Below the pieces are notes generated by a model that ran no database searches, was not told where the DNA came from, and was given only the letters and a program-made list of their open reading frames with translations. From Octopus vulgaris (taxonomy: Eukaryota): 64,000 nt of DNA. The DNA is taken from NCBI GenBank assembly GCA_951406725.2, contig OX597815.1, positions 140,616,001-140,680,000 on the forward strand. The letters run 5' to 3'. The translations under genes were made by a program, and so were the position numbers. Shown here piece after piece: positions 43,853 to 57,100 of this stretch. Position 1 is the stretch's first letter. Each line of letters opens with the position of its first letter.

Positions 43853-44526
43853 TGTGTTAAATGTTATAAATATGTTTCATAGATTTTTCAAACTAAACGA
43901 AGGAAACCTCAGGCTATTTCTGGAATACGTAACGCTCATTCCGATGGTTTTGTGAGTTGGTCTGAGGTTGTACGGGCAATGCAGTTAGTGCTGTCTTCGT
44001 GTTATAAAACAATATAAGATCAAATAACTGACACTTTTACCATCGTCATAATGGTATATTTCATGCTACCAAATCCCCACTGTTTTATCCGCCACCTTGT
44101 TACACTCTAGATACAGTAATCATCAACTTGCAGAAATTAAAGTAAGCCTCACAACATACTCCATACTGCACTGGTTGTTTTAGAATACGTTTCTCTAAGT
44201 CAATTATAGCGCTAGGGTAATGATAGTTTTTACTAAAATTAAGTGGAGTTTGCTTTAGGCCAGATCATTCTATATATGGATATAAAACATAAAATATTTT
44301 AGGAAAAAAAGAAAATAATGAAATGTATTTTGACAAATGATATGTTTCCTTTTGTGTTGGGTTTCATATCTTCAGTTCAATATTTTGTAGAAACGGAAGT
44401 TGTCAGCTTGACATCTGAGATTTCCATGTCTAAATAGGACTTGATGTTGACTTTAAAACATTTGAATCTATATCTCCCTCTCTCTGTCTTTCTTTCTTCC
44501 CTCATTCCCTCCGTCTCCTTCCACTC

Positions 44527-44622
<96 letters not shown>

Positions 44623-44846
44623 CCTGTCTGTCTGTCTGTCTGACTGACTGTCTGTCTGTGTGTCAGTCTGTCTGTATATTACTAAAATGATTCAAAACAT
44701 GGGAAAGCGGAAACAAAAACGTTCTCATAACTACGTTTCCGACTGTTGCACTTTTGATTCATTGGTTGTATAATTTATCATTTTACCTTTGAATGAATGT
44801 TTGATGATCAAAATATTTGAACTGTACAACTCTCGTGGAATACATT

Positions 44847-44923
<77 letters not shown>

Positions 44924-45098
44924 TAAGAAAGTTTGTTTGGTAAAGCACGTGGGTGAATATATAAGAAAATAGTAAAGTGTGAAAAAACGACAGAAGGCTT
45001 AAATGTTAAAAAATATATATATTTGTGTCAAAATGTCTGGAGAATATTGGAAAAATATTTTTTCCTTTCCTTAAAATGACATAATTTTAAAATTTTAA

Positions 45099-45138
45099 AA
45101 GAAATTACCGGTTTCGCGTGTAGCTTTTCAAATTTCTT
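45099..45138 (-). ncRNA. Minimal type I hammerhead with U3-A8 core
   Basis: aagaaat|ttgaaaa|gc tacac gc|gaaac cg gta|atttctt; palindromic stem III ACCGGT. Confidence 0.7.
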
Positions 45139-45275
45139 GTGACGTTATGTTTATATTGCATGGAATTATCGTTGTTTTTATTTCCAGGAGATTTCTAAAT
45201 AAGGGGAGGTAGTGAGTGATTTCTTCCGGTGTAAGGGAGATAATCGCTTAAAAATTTTTTTTTCCTTTTTCCTTG

Positions 45276-47388
45276 TTAATTTCTCTGTGTCAGTATGTTC
45301 GGATGGTTGAGTCTGGGTTTGTACTTTTCAATGAAGAATGTTTCCTTGTTCAGTCTCATTTGTGTTGATGATCCGAAACCACATTGGTAAAATGGGAAGA
45401 TTAAAAATTGTGGCAGTAGTTGCTTTGCGCATTTCTCAATGTGCTCACTAAAAGGTATCATTCTATATTCTGGGAATGCAATCTGTTGTCGATGCAGTGT
45501 GCATCTACGCCTGAGTGATAGTCCCGTGGAACCCACGTAGTCTTGGTGGCAGCCCGAGCATTTAATAACATAAATTATGTTTTCAGAGGCACAAGTAAAG
45601 TTAGATTTGATCTTAAATTTCTGTCCCTCTTTAAAGAAGAATTCTGATCCTTCCAATAGGTTAGGACATGTTGCACAGTTCGATCTACCACGTTTTTTTA
45701 CTTTTGCATCCGTAATTTTAGAAGACAATTTTGCCTTTGTGAGAATCTTTTTAAGTGATTTAGGCTGTTTGTAGCTTTTAATGATTTGGTGTATGTTTAG
45801 AATTTCCTTTAATTTGGGGTTTTTATGAAGTATTGGTAAATTCTGGGTGATGATGGTGAAGGCTTCTTTGTTTCTGGGGTTGTATGTAGATATGTAAGGT
45901 AGTATTTTCGGGGAAGGTGTGTTGTGTTGAACTTTTCTTAAAGTTTCTATGTTGATTTCTGTTGCACGTCTGATCCCATCCTCTATGAGTTGAGCTGGGT
46001 AATGTCTGTCAATTAGGGTGTTTTTGAGTTCTTGCAGTCTAAAGTTCCTGGTATTTTGTTCTGACACTATTGTGCATATCCTTCTTGCAAGGTTGAAGGG
46101 GATGTTTGTTTTAGTGTGTCTTGGGTGGCATGAATTAAAAAGAAGGTATTGTTTGGCGTCTGTGGCTTTGTAAAAAATGTCTGTTTCTATTTTAAGGTTA
46201 ATTTTTTTAATTAGTATATCCAAGAACGGGAGCTCCTTTTGGTTGTATTCCATTGTGAACTGTATATTTGGGTTTATGCTGTTCAATAGGTTTTTAAATT
46301 TTAGGAGTTTATCTATGTTTTCATTCCAGAGAATGAAACAATCGTCTAGCAATCGTTTCCAATTCTCTTTTATGTATTGAGAGAGGGAGTTTCCAAAGAT
46401 TGATAGAGATTCCTGGTAAATGATTATTTCCATGTATCCCATTGTTAAGTTCGCAATGACTGGTGCTGCCCTTGTACCCATAGCAATTCCGGATTTTTGA
46501 CGGTAAAATGTATTGTCAAACATGAAGTGGTTATTGTGTAGGATGAATTCAATTGATTTAGTAATGAATTTCTTACTGATCCTTTTTGGTATTTCTTCCG
46601 GAAATTGGTCTAACCAGAATTGTATTGCCTCCAGTCCATAATTATGAGGTATACTGGTATACAAGTTGACTACATCAAATGAAACCAGGATTGTTTCTTC
46701 CTTGGTTTTTTTGGAAGGTGGTTTAACATATCTAAGTCATCTCTGATATGGCTATCGATATGTTTAAGGAAGGGTTTCAAGAGGATGTCCATAAGTAGAC
46801 TTAGTCTGTGTGTTTCACAGGTTGGGCCAGCTACAATGGGTCGTAGTTTTAGGTCCCCCGGATTAGGTGTGTGTATGTATGTCTTTGGTGATTTTTTAAT
46901 GGTTTCATTTATAATTTGACTTTTATGAATTTTTGGCAGACCATAGAAAAGGCTAGGTTTGCATTTAAAGTTTGTTAGGAAATCAATCTCTTTGGTTGTC
47001 AGTTCCTTTTCATGGGTTTTAATTAGTGAAGATAGAGTTTTCATTATTTTTTGTGGGGTGTAGTTGGTAATTTTTTCATAATGTAGGTCTTCATCAAGCA
47101 AGGAAATTACAAGAGTTCTGTAGTATGATGTATCCATTATTACAACTGCATTTCCCTTGTCCGCTTCCTTAATGGTTATATCTTCATCATTTTGGAGTTC
47201 TATCAGTTCTTTCCATTGTGTAGTGTTAAAATTTGGGTTAGCTTTCTGTTTATGTATAGTATGGTAGGGGAAGTTCTCAATGTGGTTACAGAATTCGTCA
47301 AGATCTTTATTTCTTCCTCTGTGTGGGATGTGTTCACTTTTGTTCTTGACTAGTGATTCATCTTCAGTATTGAAACTGGTTGATGCTT
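45276..47388 (-). pseudogene. PLE RT + GIY-YIG endonuclease ORF with one frameshift near 46670-46710
   Basis: IKEADKGNAVVIMD, FYGLPKIHK, LRPIVAG, YTSIPH, GIAMGTRAAP, WKRLLDD, LPFLDI, IIYVIKCSGCHQDYVGST..RRCTLH, KETFFI..PRLN. Confidence 0.92.
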
Positions 47389-47553
47389 ATATATATATAT
47401 ATATACATATATGTGTGTGTATGTATGTGTGTGTGTGTGTGTGTGTTTATGTTTATGCATGTAAGTATGTATGCACGTAGGTGAGTGTCTATGTATGTAT
47501 TCATATTTATGCATAAGTTTATACCCACACACACAATCGCGCGAGCACACATC

Positions 47554-48426
47554 TACGCGGCGTTCGGGCTAAATTTGACGATTTTCTATGGATACTTTTT
47601 CTCAAGGAGAACGTGACTTATTGGTCAACAGCGTGAAGATTAAAGTTGTAGTTAAAAAAAGCTAGGTGACATGGAATCTATTTGAATGCTGGAAAAGAAT
47701 TAGTTACATTATGATGGTTCATGCCAGATGTCTCAAATGTCGACACCAGGAATGCTGTTTAATCCCATGTGAACACTGTAAGGGCTATAAGATGTGATAT
47801 GGACAACTACAAAGGAGACCACAAAGCCGTAACCAGCATCAAGTGACACAGCAGGCGTTATAACTTCGTTCGCACGCCGGATGTCCTCCCAGAACAGGGC
47901 CTTAGGCTCAATTCAGACAGCTATGTGAAGCTTTTGGTGACTGTGGACAGTCCCTGGATAAATAAAGTGGCTAATGTAAAGCCATATGTGCATTATTAAC
48001 AAGGTTTAGCAGCTTGCTATACCTCCGACAAATGTCAGAAGTTGTCGGAAATTTTCTATATCGTCACAATCCCCAATTTCTGGCCTCCCAAATTTCTGCG
48101 ATTGTAATCCCATGTATTGCTATATGAAGGGCGTGATTTAGGACACGAACTACTATGCATGCAACATCACGGCCGAGCTGGTGGCCAAGACCAAGGAGGT
48201 ATTCGAATATCTTTCCAGGGACACAAAAACTTATGTGGCAATTTCTGGATCCTACTTGATACGATTGTGGAAGCTGAGGGCAAGCTACTTTGAGTAAACT
48301 ATTATCACCCAGCCATAGTCTAGTTGATATATGTTTTGATTCTTTAAAATGCTTTTATTTAGAGATGGGATATTGTATTTTTTTTTCGTTCGATGAAAAA
48401 TTTCAAATTTAACTCGAACAATTATG
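47554..48426 (+). mobile_element. Decayed, internally deleted Tc1/mariner (maT-like) transposon
   Basis: TIR cores GTTCGGGCTAAATTTGA / TCAAATTTAACTCGAAC; QGLRLNSDSYVKLL..PWINKVAN and NFWPP..DCNPM. Confidence 0.7.
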
Positions 48427-49164
48427 TGTTTGCTCTTGCAGCTAGTCATCTGTCCAACCCAGTCACCATTATCCCCACCACGTCTATAATTGAACATACG
48501 AACAGCAGAGACAACAACACGGAACCATGAATACACACACACACAATCATGCACGAAAACGCAGACACAGACACTTACTCACACGTCACACATGAAATTT
48601 ACACACACACACACACATACGGGCACGCAAGCAAACACACATGCGCGTAGCTAAAGATTGTGTTGCATTGGTGTGAGAAAAAAGAAAGTAAAATGAAGTT
48701 CTGAATATTCTTGCGTAGAATGAAATAATATTAAATCAACGCCAAGCTCGTATAAGAGTTTCTTTTTCCTGAAAATCAGGAAACAAACGAGGTGTTATTT
48801 GAATTCCATTTATATACACATTGTAGGTTTTTCCTAACATACTTAAAAAATAATGCAATAAAAAAAACAACGTCCTGCATTATGGATTCCGCATATCAGC
48901 ACATCTATTTGTATAAGCATTTGTATAGAACTTTTGTATACTTTAGCCACCTAGGTAGTAATTCTTTACAAATCTCACATATTGTCAAAACTCTTTTACA
49001 CCCTCAAAATAACTCATTTACTATTCACTAGTTTTCACACTCTTATATATTTATAGGATCACCACAGGAGTTGCCATAGCAATTTTTCATAGATAGTTTT
49101 CTTTTACCGGAATACATTATTTGAGAAAAATACACACACACACATATATATCCTCATATGCATT

Positions 49165-49196
<32 letters not shown>

Positions 49197-49305
49197 CGCA
49201 TATGCATATATTATTTATATTATATGATTCAACGCCAATCATCCTCTACCAAGTAAGATTTATCTATCTATTTATCTATGTATGTATACATACACACACA
49301 CACAT

Positions 49306-49354
<49 letters not shown>

Positions 49355-49828
49355 CTCACATACGAATGTATATATGTATTTTATACGTATGTGTGTATGT
49401 ATTTGTGCGTGTGTTTGCATATATGTATGTGTGCATGTATAAACTATAGAATTTAACTGTGTATGATATGCAATTACTTTCTACCAAACAAGATGTCATG
49501 GAAAATGTTCACAGTATCTTGTTATTTTATATCTTTATACAAGCATACATGCAAATACACACAGACACACACACACATACGCATACACATTCATGTACAT
49601 ATCTCTGTATATGTGGCCAAAGAATGTAATATGAAATAGCATTGAATATCTTTTCCATGTGGGGGTAATAATTTAGTTATGGCCTAGACGAATACTAGCC
49701 AAAACTAATCTATGTATGTCTGTAAGTATGTAAGTATATAAATAATATAAATAATGCATATACATACATACATACAAACATACATACATACATGCATACA
49801 TACATACATACATACATACATACATACA

Positions 49829-49861
<33 letters not shown>

Positions 49862-50272
49862 GCAAATATAGGTACAGGACGTTACCAAGTGTAAATAACA
49901 TGAAATACGAAAACAAGCGATCTAAATACGCTAACAAGGGAAAAAAAATTGGAAGCAGGACAAGTAACACAAAGAACGATCCTTTATCAGTTGTCGGCTG
50001 TCTGTCAACTGCCCTCATTTCGAGGATTGAACGACAATATGAGTCTTCGAAGACAGTTACTCCCATGAAATCTAAACTAAATTTTGGATTTAATGGAGGG
50101 TCGAAGTTGAGAACAATAACAGGACAGTGGAGACATACAAGAAATTTGAACGAAAACAAACATGGAGGGTCGTTAGACCAGAACAAGGGGAAAGATAGTG
50201 AAGACTGGAAGAAATATTTTCTTTGAAAAGAGAAACGATTGAAGAGGGATTTACATAAAGATATATATGTAC

Positions 50273-50331
<59 letters not shown>

Positions 50332-50537
50332 GTGAAATAGAAAGATGAATAATCTTGTAGTAGATTAATCAAAAGTTTAACCGATAACTTAGTAGCAAAA
50401 ATCACAGCAGTAAACAGCACGGTTGGAGGTACAACCATATGGTGTTGCAACCGTGCGTTGGTGCGGATAATTGAAATTAAAACATTATTGGTGAATTGAA
50501 GAAATGGAGCTGAACGCAGATTGAACAGAAATCGTTT

Positions 50538-50631
50538 TATTTCATTCTACACGTGTTTCGAAAGGCACAAATTACCAAATTCCGATTGAATAATGGGACC
50601 ATATTGTGTCTTTCTCTTCAGGAAGAAAATA
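50538..50631 (-). ncRNA. Type I hammerhead ribozyme motif, long stem II
   Basis: Reverse complement of 52757-52850. Confidence 0.8.
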
Positions 50632-52756
50632 GGAAATCCGTTGGAAAAACAAAAACAGAACAGAGGCGGAGCAAAAACAAATCGAACTATGTTCCTAAGA
50701 GCCCATGGCGAAACTGTTTATCAGTGTATGTTGAGAACCGGTGGCTGAAGAATTTAACGGGTCAGGCATCGGTCAATCATGTGGGGTGGGTGTGTAGGTG
50801 TTCTTTGTGACCGAGAATAAAGTTCTGACTATTTAAGGAATATTGGATGTTTTATAAGGGGCGAGAAAAAAATCTACTTAGAGACGTGTGTGTGTGTATA
50901 CTGTTCTATATATGTGTGTGTTGGCGTAGGGGTAGAAAACATTTTTTGTGTACGTGTGTGCGTTTGATCGTTCGGCTGTCAGTGGCTACTGCCGTCAGAA
51001 CCGTTGGGTGGCAGAAAAAAAAAATATATATATTATGTTTTATGTGTGTGTGTGTTCATCTAAGCCTGCCTTGTCAAGGAAACCCCCGCTGTGAAAAAAC
51101 CAAGCCCCGTTTGTCTTACAGGAGTAATTCCCCTTGCAGTGGCTAATCGTAGATATCTTAAAGGCTATTTCAGAATTTGTTACCAAGGGCTATGGGTGCC
51201 GGTATTATTTATAAACGCTATTTAAAAGCCAGATAAGTGTAGCGCCGCCAATGGGGGCATCGAAAAGCCGACTGTAAAAGCCCATTTACCATCCGGCCTC
51301 TGGCAAACAAAATATGGAAGAGTTCGGAGACACAAAGGTTGCACTGCCTTCTGCCCCTATCAAATGGGAGGGCCACCGACAAAATTGACCATTCCAGCCT
51401 GTAGCTTAGTTCGTATCCTTCAGTCGCCATATTAGCTTACTGAGTCCCGTGGTCTGGCGCTTGTTCATGTCCCGAAAAGTTGCGTAATGGTTGGAGACAC
51501 GCAAAGACAATCTTGAGGATGAGGCCCCTACATAAGTGAAGACATCTGAGTCCGTGTAAACCTTGCATTGGTAGACGGCGTTTTTGATCTTGGAGTTCGC
51601 CGACGTGAATCTTATTCTGCTAGGATTAGTTTCAGAAATTAGAACTGCGTTCCTGTCACTATATTCGTTCCGAGACCTGCAGCCGCTTACTACTCTATTT
51701 TCCACTACGTCACTATTAACTATAGGAATAACCCCTGATTCTCCACTATCTATCAGAGTGCTGTCATTGCTACTGCCCGTGGTGCTGCTATTGCGGGAAA
51801 TGATGCTGGGGATGCTATTGGGGCTCTCTACCCTACTCCCATTGTTACCGTCAACCACAACACCCCTATTTATAACTATACCCCTAGTGGGTACTCCCTG
51901 GCTGGAGCTGAGATTATGTGTCACTGTACTGGCTCTCATATCATTATTACTACTATAACTATTCCTACTGAGCATTAAACCGGGAGCGGAAGAGGCTGTG
52001 CCTCCGGAAAAGGTGATAGGGTCTTAGTAAGTAGCCTATTATTATGGGAGGCGATTATCTGGGCGAGGTTTTAGTGTTGGAGAAAGCTATCCTAACTTTA
52101 TGCGAGTTAACCGTGGAGTAATATTTGGAATTTCTGGGGAAGTTATTGGCGATGGCTTGTCTAAACATGAGGGGGAGGTTAGTTCTAATCTGCTTACCAA
52201 AAGGGATTACAAACCATATATGCTTATTCCTATCAGTGTGATGGGTCGGGACGCCAGCTCTCGCGTTCGGGTGGGTGATTCTCGGATGAACAACGGGTCT
52301 TGGGTTAGTGTAAGACCTCCCGGACCGATAATTATCCTTGTTCGCTAAATTAAATGCAGGAGCGACTACCCCGGCATCCGCCGCGCTCCCGTCCTCCGCC
52401 GCGCTCCCGTCCTTACTTAAAATGTTAATGTTATTATATACGGCCCTATCCTGATGACCGAATGATGGCATCGGAAGGGCCGGATCAATATAAATTACCT
52501 TCTGCCTATAACCGGCCTTGGATAGTGGATCAAACGCACACAATATTCCTTAAATAGTCAGAACTTTATTCTCGGTCACAAAGAACACCTACACACCCTT
52601 CACCCACATGATTGACCGATGCCTGACCCGTTAAATTCTTCAGCCACCGGTTCTCAACATACACTGATAAACAGTTTCGCCATGGGCTCTTAGGAACATA
52701 GTTCGAATTGTTTTTGCTCCGCCTCTGTTCTGTTTTTGTTTTTCCAACGGATTTCC

Positions 52757-52850
52757 TATTTTCTTCCTGAAGAGAAAGACACAATATGGTCCCATTATTC
52801 AATCGGAATTTGGTAATTTGTGCCTTTCGAAACACGTGTAGAATGAAATA
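52757..52850 (+). ncRNA. Type I hammerhead ribozyme motif, long stem II
   Basis: tattttcttc|ctgaaga|gaaagacacaa...ttgtgcctttc|gaaac acgt gta|gaatgaaata; palindromic stem III ACACGTGT. Confidence 0.8.
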
Positions 52851-52905
52851 AAACGATTTCTGTTCAATCTGCGTTCAGCTCCATTTCTTCAATTCACCAA
52901 TAATG

Positions 52906-52938
<33 letters not shown>

Positions 52939-53093
52939 TATATGTGTGTGTTCAGACGTATGCTTGTGCTTGTGGGTAGAGGTAGGGAGTAAAAGTAGTA
53001 GGACCATTTTACTACTATATATACAGTAGTCGTAGTAGCAGCAGCAACATTATTAGCAGTGACAGCAGCAGCAGCAGCACCACCAGAAGCAGC

Positions 53094-53137
<44 letters not shown>

Positions 53138-54395
53138 CGGCAGCATCAGCGACATGTCAGTTTAGAAGAACCACAACTGTCACAAAGTATTAGTTGTCAA
53201 GATAACGTGAATTCTGTAGTTATGCAGCACTAGTTATGGACAGATTTCTCCAAGCAGAAATGATGATATTGGTAATTTTATTGATCATATTTCACTTTAA
53301 GGCAAAACTGAAACCTTCTTCAACAGAATCTACCATTTGAAATTTGATAGAGCTGCAGCTTGTAAAGCAACAGTTGTGTATGTATTTCCTTTACATGACT
53401 GAATGAGTAGAGAGATTTTGCTGCATATAAAAAATTGGCTGTGCTGGGAATTCAAATCTCCTTACAGATTAAGTTAGTTTTACTAGCTGTTTTTCTTTAC
53501 AATCATGGTGTAACGATGTAATAGCTGAGAAAGAATAACACCTGATATCATATGGTGTAACAGATTATCATGTATATAATATGTTAGCTGTGCAAAAATA
53601 TCATGTGTCAGTATAATGGCGATAATTCCATACATCAGAATTTATCTATTCTCTGTAAATTTTTCATTTGATGCCTTTTGATACACTTGATGGCGTCTTT
53701 ACTCGAAAATTTGTAATTGTCTTTTTTTTTTTATTTGCATCATCTCATGAAGAGCTGCTTTATATTATACTTATCTGTGTGTCCATGTTAAATTGATACT
53801 TTGATCAAAGGACATAAATATTTCTCCCTTGGAAGATTTCCCCTTTGTATAGCGGAGTATATCTTTATTTTGCACATTTTAACAGACTGATACTTAAAAC
53901 TTCTGAATAGGCTCCTTGCTTTTCCAGTGTTGACATTTATGCGACTAATCCTTAGCCCAAATTACCGGCGGTTGATGAGTGTAGATAATAGACATCACGA
54001 AGTAAGTTGCTAATGATTGCTAGTATTACACCCACTAAATATTATGTAATTTTTGAGGCATACTAGAATGGTGAGCATAAGTGCGGTGGATAAACAGTCC
54101 GAGGTCGACTGGTATAGATAGGCAGACTTCCTAATTCAGTGAAACAAACTTAGTATTTAGCAAGGATGGTGTTTCATTATTTTAGTATTATATTTTAATT
54201 CGGCACAAATTACGCTGTACTGGACTTAGTCAAGCGGTGCTTTGTTGTTCAAGAATATGGTACGTACTTCATGATCCAGCCTTTGCTATATATATATATA
54301 TATATACACATGTATACATGTGTGTGTGTGTGTGTGTCTGTGTCTGTGTATATATATTGTTTGAATTTTATGGTGTTAATTTTCCATCACGGCTG

Positions 54396-54480
54396 GTCTT
54401 ACCAATCGGTTTCGCATGAAATAATATAATGAAGTGTTAGGCAACAAACCAGTTATATAATATACGCTCGTCAGAGATAG
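54396..54480 (-). ncRNA. Type I hammerhead motif, long stem II, in solo pLTR-like fragment ~54350-54505
   Basis: tct|ctgacga|gcgt...atgc|gaaacc gatt ggta|aga. Confidence 0.6.
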
Positions 54481-54504
54481 ACGACATGGAAGGGAAAATA
54501 ACGA

Positions 54505-54690
54505 CCAGTTTCAGTCATTTGACTGCAGATATGCTGGAGCACCGCCTGTAGTGGAACAAATCGATCCCAGAACTTATTCTTTGTAAGCCTAGTAATTATT
54601 ACCTACTATATCGATTCTTTCGCCGAAATACACCAACATCAGATGTTAAGCGATGGTGGAGGGATAAACACAGATACAGAATCATACACA
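54505..54690 (-). mobile_element. SINE family B 3' half
   Basis: TTTCAGTCATTTGACTGC..ATGCTGGAGCACCGCC..CTTATTCTTTGTAAGCCTAGTA. Confidence 0.75.
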
Positions 54691-55484
54691 CACACATACA
54701 AACACACACACACACATATATATATATAACATTATTATTAAAATGCATTTTTATATGCCTCAAATAATATTTGAATGTTATCAACCATGAAAATTGTGAA
54801 ATATTTTTACTGGGCATTAAAGAACAGCTTTGAAGAGAGGCAAGTAATAAACTGCTTCGTATCTATCATTAGAGGAAGAAGACTGATACATTCACACCCT
54901 TTTAAAGTTTGAAAACTGTAAATATAATAAACGTAAATATAGATAAACAGTTTAAATTATCTGTAAATAACTCAACAACTGATTGTAGGATGCCATACAA
55001 TATCGTTTAAAAATTTTGGTAAATTTAACAAGAAATACATAAACTAATAATAACGCTAAATGTTTTATAAATTCATTTTCAAGGAGTATTAGAACATATT
55101 AGAACATGCATTTTCTTAGATGGGGTGATGAAATATATTAAACGCCATGAATTCTAGATGAGGGAAATAATCTAATATTTTAGAAAATGTGTGGTGAAAT
55201 GGATATGCATCGTACAAAGTATTCCGCAATATATTTTCTTTAGGGGATAATTATTTTTATCGATGTATACGAGTACTCGTGTTTCGATTACCGTGCAATG
55301 CGCGTTCTTCAGAATTGTTTTAAGAGGTCATTTTTCTCACTCTCCCGTCTCTCTCTCTCTTTCTCTGTATAAATATAATTACATACGCACATACCTTTAA
55401 ACTTTTATATAAATACACACATATATATATATGTTATGCACGTATATTTTGTATTGTATATGCTTTACTCGATATACATGTGTA

Positions 55485-55515
<31 letters not shown>

Positions 55516-55874
55516 CTTTCCCACTATTCACATCCTCACACAGGCGCTCATCTTCTACACTGCTATCCTATAAGCAAATACGTTATACACAAATGTGGGC
55601 ACTTTTGGTCCCAATCCACGGGATATAACTCTGATGAACAAAATATTCCTTTCTTCGGAGATGCAATCTATTTAATTTAACTCATGATTTTCGCTCCCAT
55701 TATTTACTATAGCCCTGCGAATTATAAAACCGAGGTGGTATTATCAGGCCACCTGTGACAAAGTGCCCATGCTATTCTATTCATTTCGGCCTCTTTTCTT
55801 ATGATTTCTAGATTCATAAATCCATCAAATGTAAGAAACCGTTTGGTAATTTGGCTATCCTTAGTCTATGTTTT

Positions 55875-56082
55875 CAAATTTAGTTTCAAGGCCAGGGATT
55901 CATAGGGAACAGGTCAATCGTTACATGACGTCAGTTTTCAAATGATATTTATTTTATAGAGCTTGAAAAGATGAATGTCAATGTCACCTCGGTGGAATTT
56001 GAACCCAGAACGTAAAGTGCTTAAAGAAATGCCACTAACCATTTTGCCTTACTTGTCAAAGATTCATCCAGCTCAGCGCCTT
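55875..56082 (-). mobile_element. SINE family A, decayed
   Basis: ACCTCGGTGGAATTTGAACCCAGAACGTAA is the reverse complement of the B-box region. Confidence 0.7.
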
Positions 56083-56104
56083 ATAGAATTATATGAATAT
56101 GAAT

Positions 56105-56330
56105 AGGGTAATAACGGAATGTTTTAGAAATTTCTATCGGCTTGTTTCAAGACGCATAAATTATAATCGTTATTGATAATTTGTCTATTTTCGGCATATT
56201 TGGCATCGGAATTTTTCTTTTGCCCTTATTTTATAAGTTATTTATAAATGTAACCTTTAAAGGTATTTTTTTTTATATGCTGGCCATTGATAAAATTTCT
56301 TTTCGAAAAGATTTTATCTTACATTAGATG
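56105..56330. repeat. Unclassified interspersed repeat (copy of 28400-28620)
   Basis: Colinear similarity, same orientation. Confidence 0.75.
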
Positions 56331-56554
56331 TAAATTTAATAGTGTTCACTGTGTATTATTATTATTATTAGTATTTTTTGTTTTTGATCAGTAAGTGTTC
56401 TTTTCCCTCTTGCTTATATCTCAAAATCAAAGGAAATGACCACTATTCCCTTCAAACTTTGATTTTGTGAACTGGACATCAATGTTTTGAAACTGACCTA
56501 TTTTACATTACATTTCAGACAGATTCAGTGCTGAGTCGCTGAAGCAGAAATATT

Positions 56555-56728
56555 GTTATAGCAAATGTTCTGTTTAATATCAAAGATGCGTTTATCACTT
56601 GCTTGACCATAACCACTCGAGCACGTCCCATAGTGACTGACAATATGTGCATCTCTGACCTTGGACAGGAGTAGTGGGAAAATATCATAGCCATGCGTTG
56701 GGGAGAATTCTTTGAGGTTTGAATAAAT
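56555..56728. mobile_element. Old inverted internal fragment of the ~555-bp element
   Basis: ATATGTGCATCTCTGA..AGTAGTGGG..ATCATAGCCATG..TTTGAATAA is the reverse complement of ~1410-1580. Confidence 0.7.
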
Positions 56729-57029
56729 GTAAAAAATCAAATTTTGAAAGAAATATTAGCCATTTTTCTTACCTTCTAGGGGTAAGCAAACAGGAAATAA
56801 CAGTTGGTACCCGGAGACAAAAATTGGGTTACACAGTCTCATGAGGTAGTCATTCTGTTATTTAATAAAAGTGAGCTTGTTTTCTTCTGACTGATAGACG
56901 TTTTAGACAAATTGCACTCTCGAAGGTTATGGAGAGCATATTGAAATAGGTCATTTATGACTTGTATTTTATAACTCTTAATCTTGGCTGTATTAGTCAT
57001 TAAAAACTAATGACATACACACACGCACA

Positions 57030-57069
<40 letters not shown>

Positions 57070-57100
57070 GACTATATATATATAGACTATATATATATAG

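Larger units (their letters stand above)
44921..47388 (-). mobile_element. Penelope-like retroelement, near-intact but 5'-truncated, (TA)n on both sides
   Basis: Contains the RT/GIY-YIG reading frame and a 3' pLTR with a hammerhead motif. Confidence 0.93.
50330..52907 (-). mobile_element. Penelope-like element 3' half with ~365-bp inverted terminal pLTR copies, in (TA)n
   Basis: 50481-50845 and 52541-52907 are near-identical inverted repeats. ORFs contain LSKAGY, HIWFVIPF..NNFP..VRIAFS and AVYQCKV..YVGASS.RLSLRVSNH..CNLCVSELFHI. Confidence 0.9.

Noticed and set aside
44730-44845. Hammerhead-like remnants here and at ~3560, ~30120, ~43895 and ~49985
   Set aside because: Core or stems are too degraded to call, although pLTR origin is possible.
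50553-52835. Two near-identical ORFs starting MFRKAQITKF on opposite strands
   Set aside because: They are the antisense reading of the inverted pLTR copies; there is no evidence of coding.
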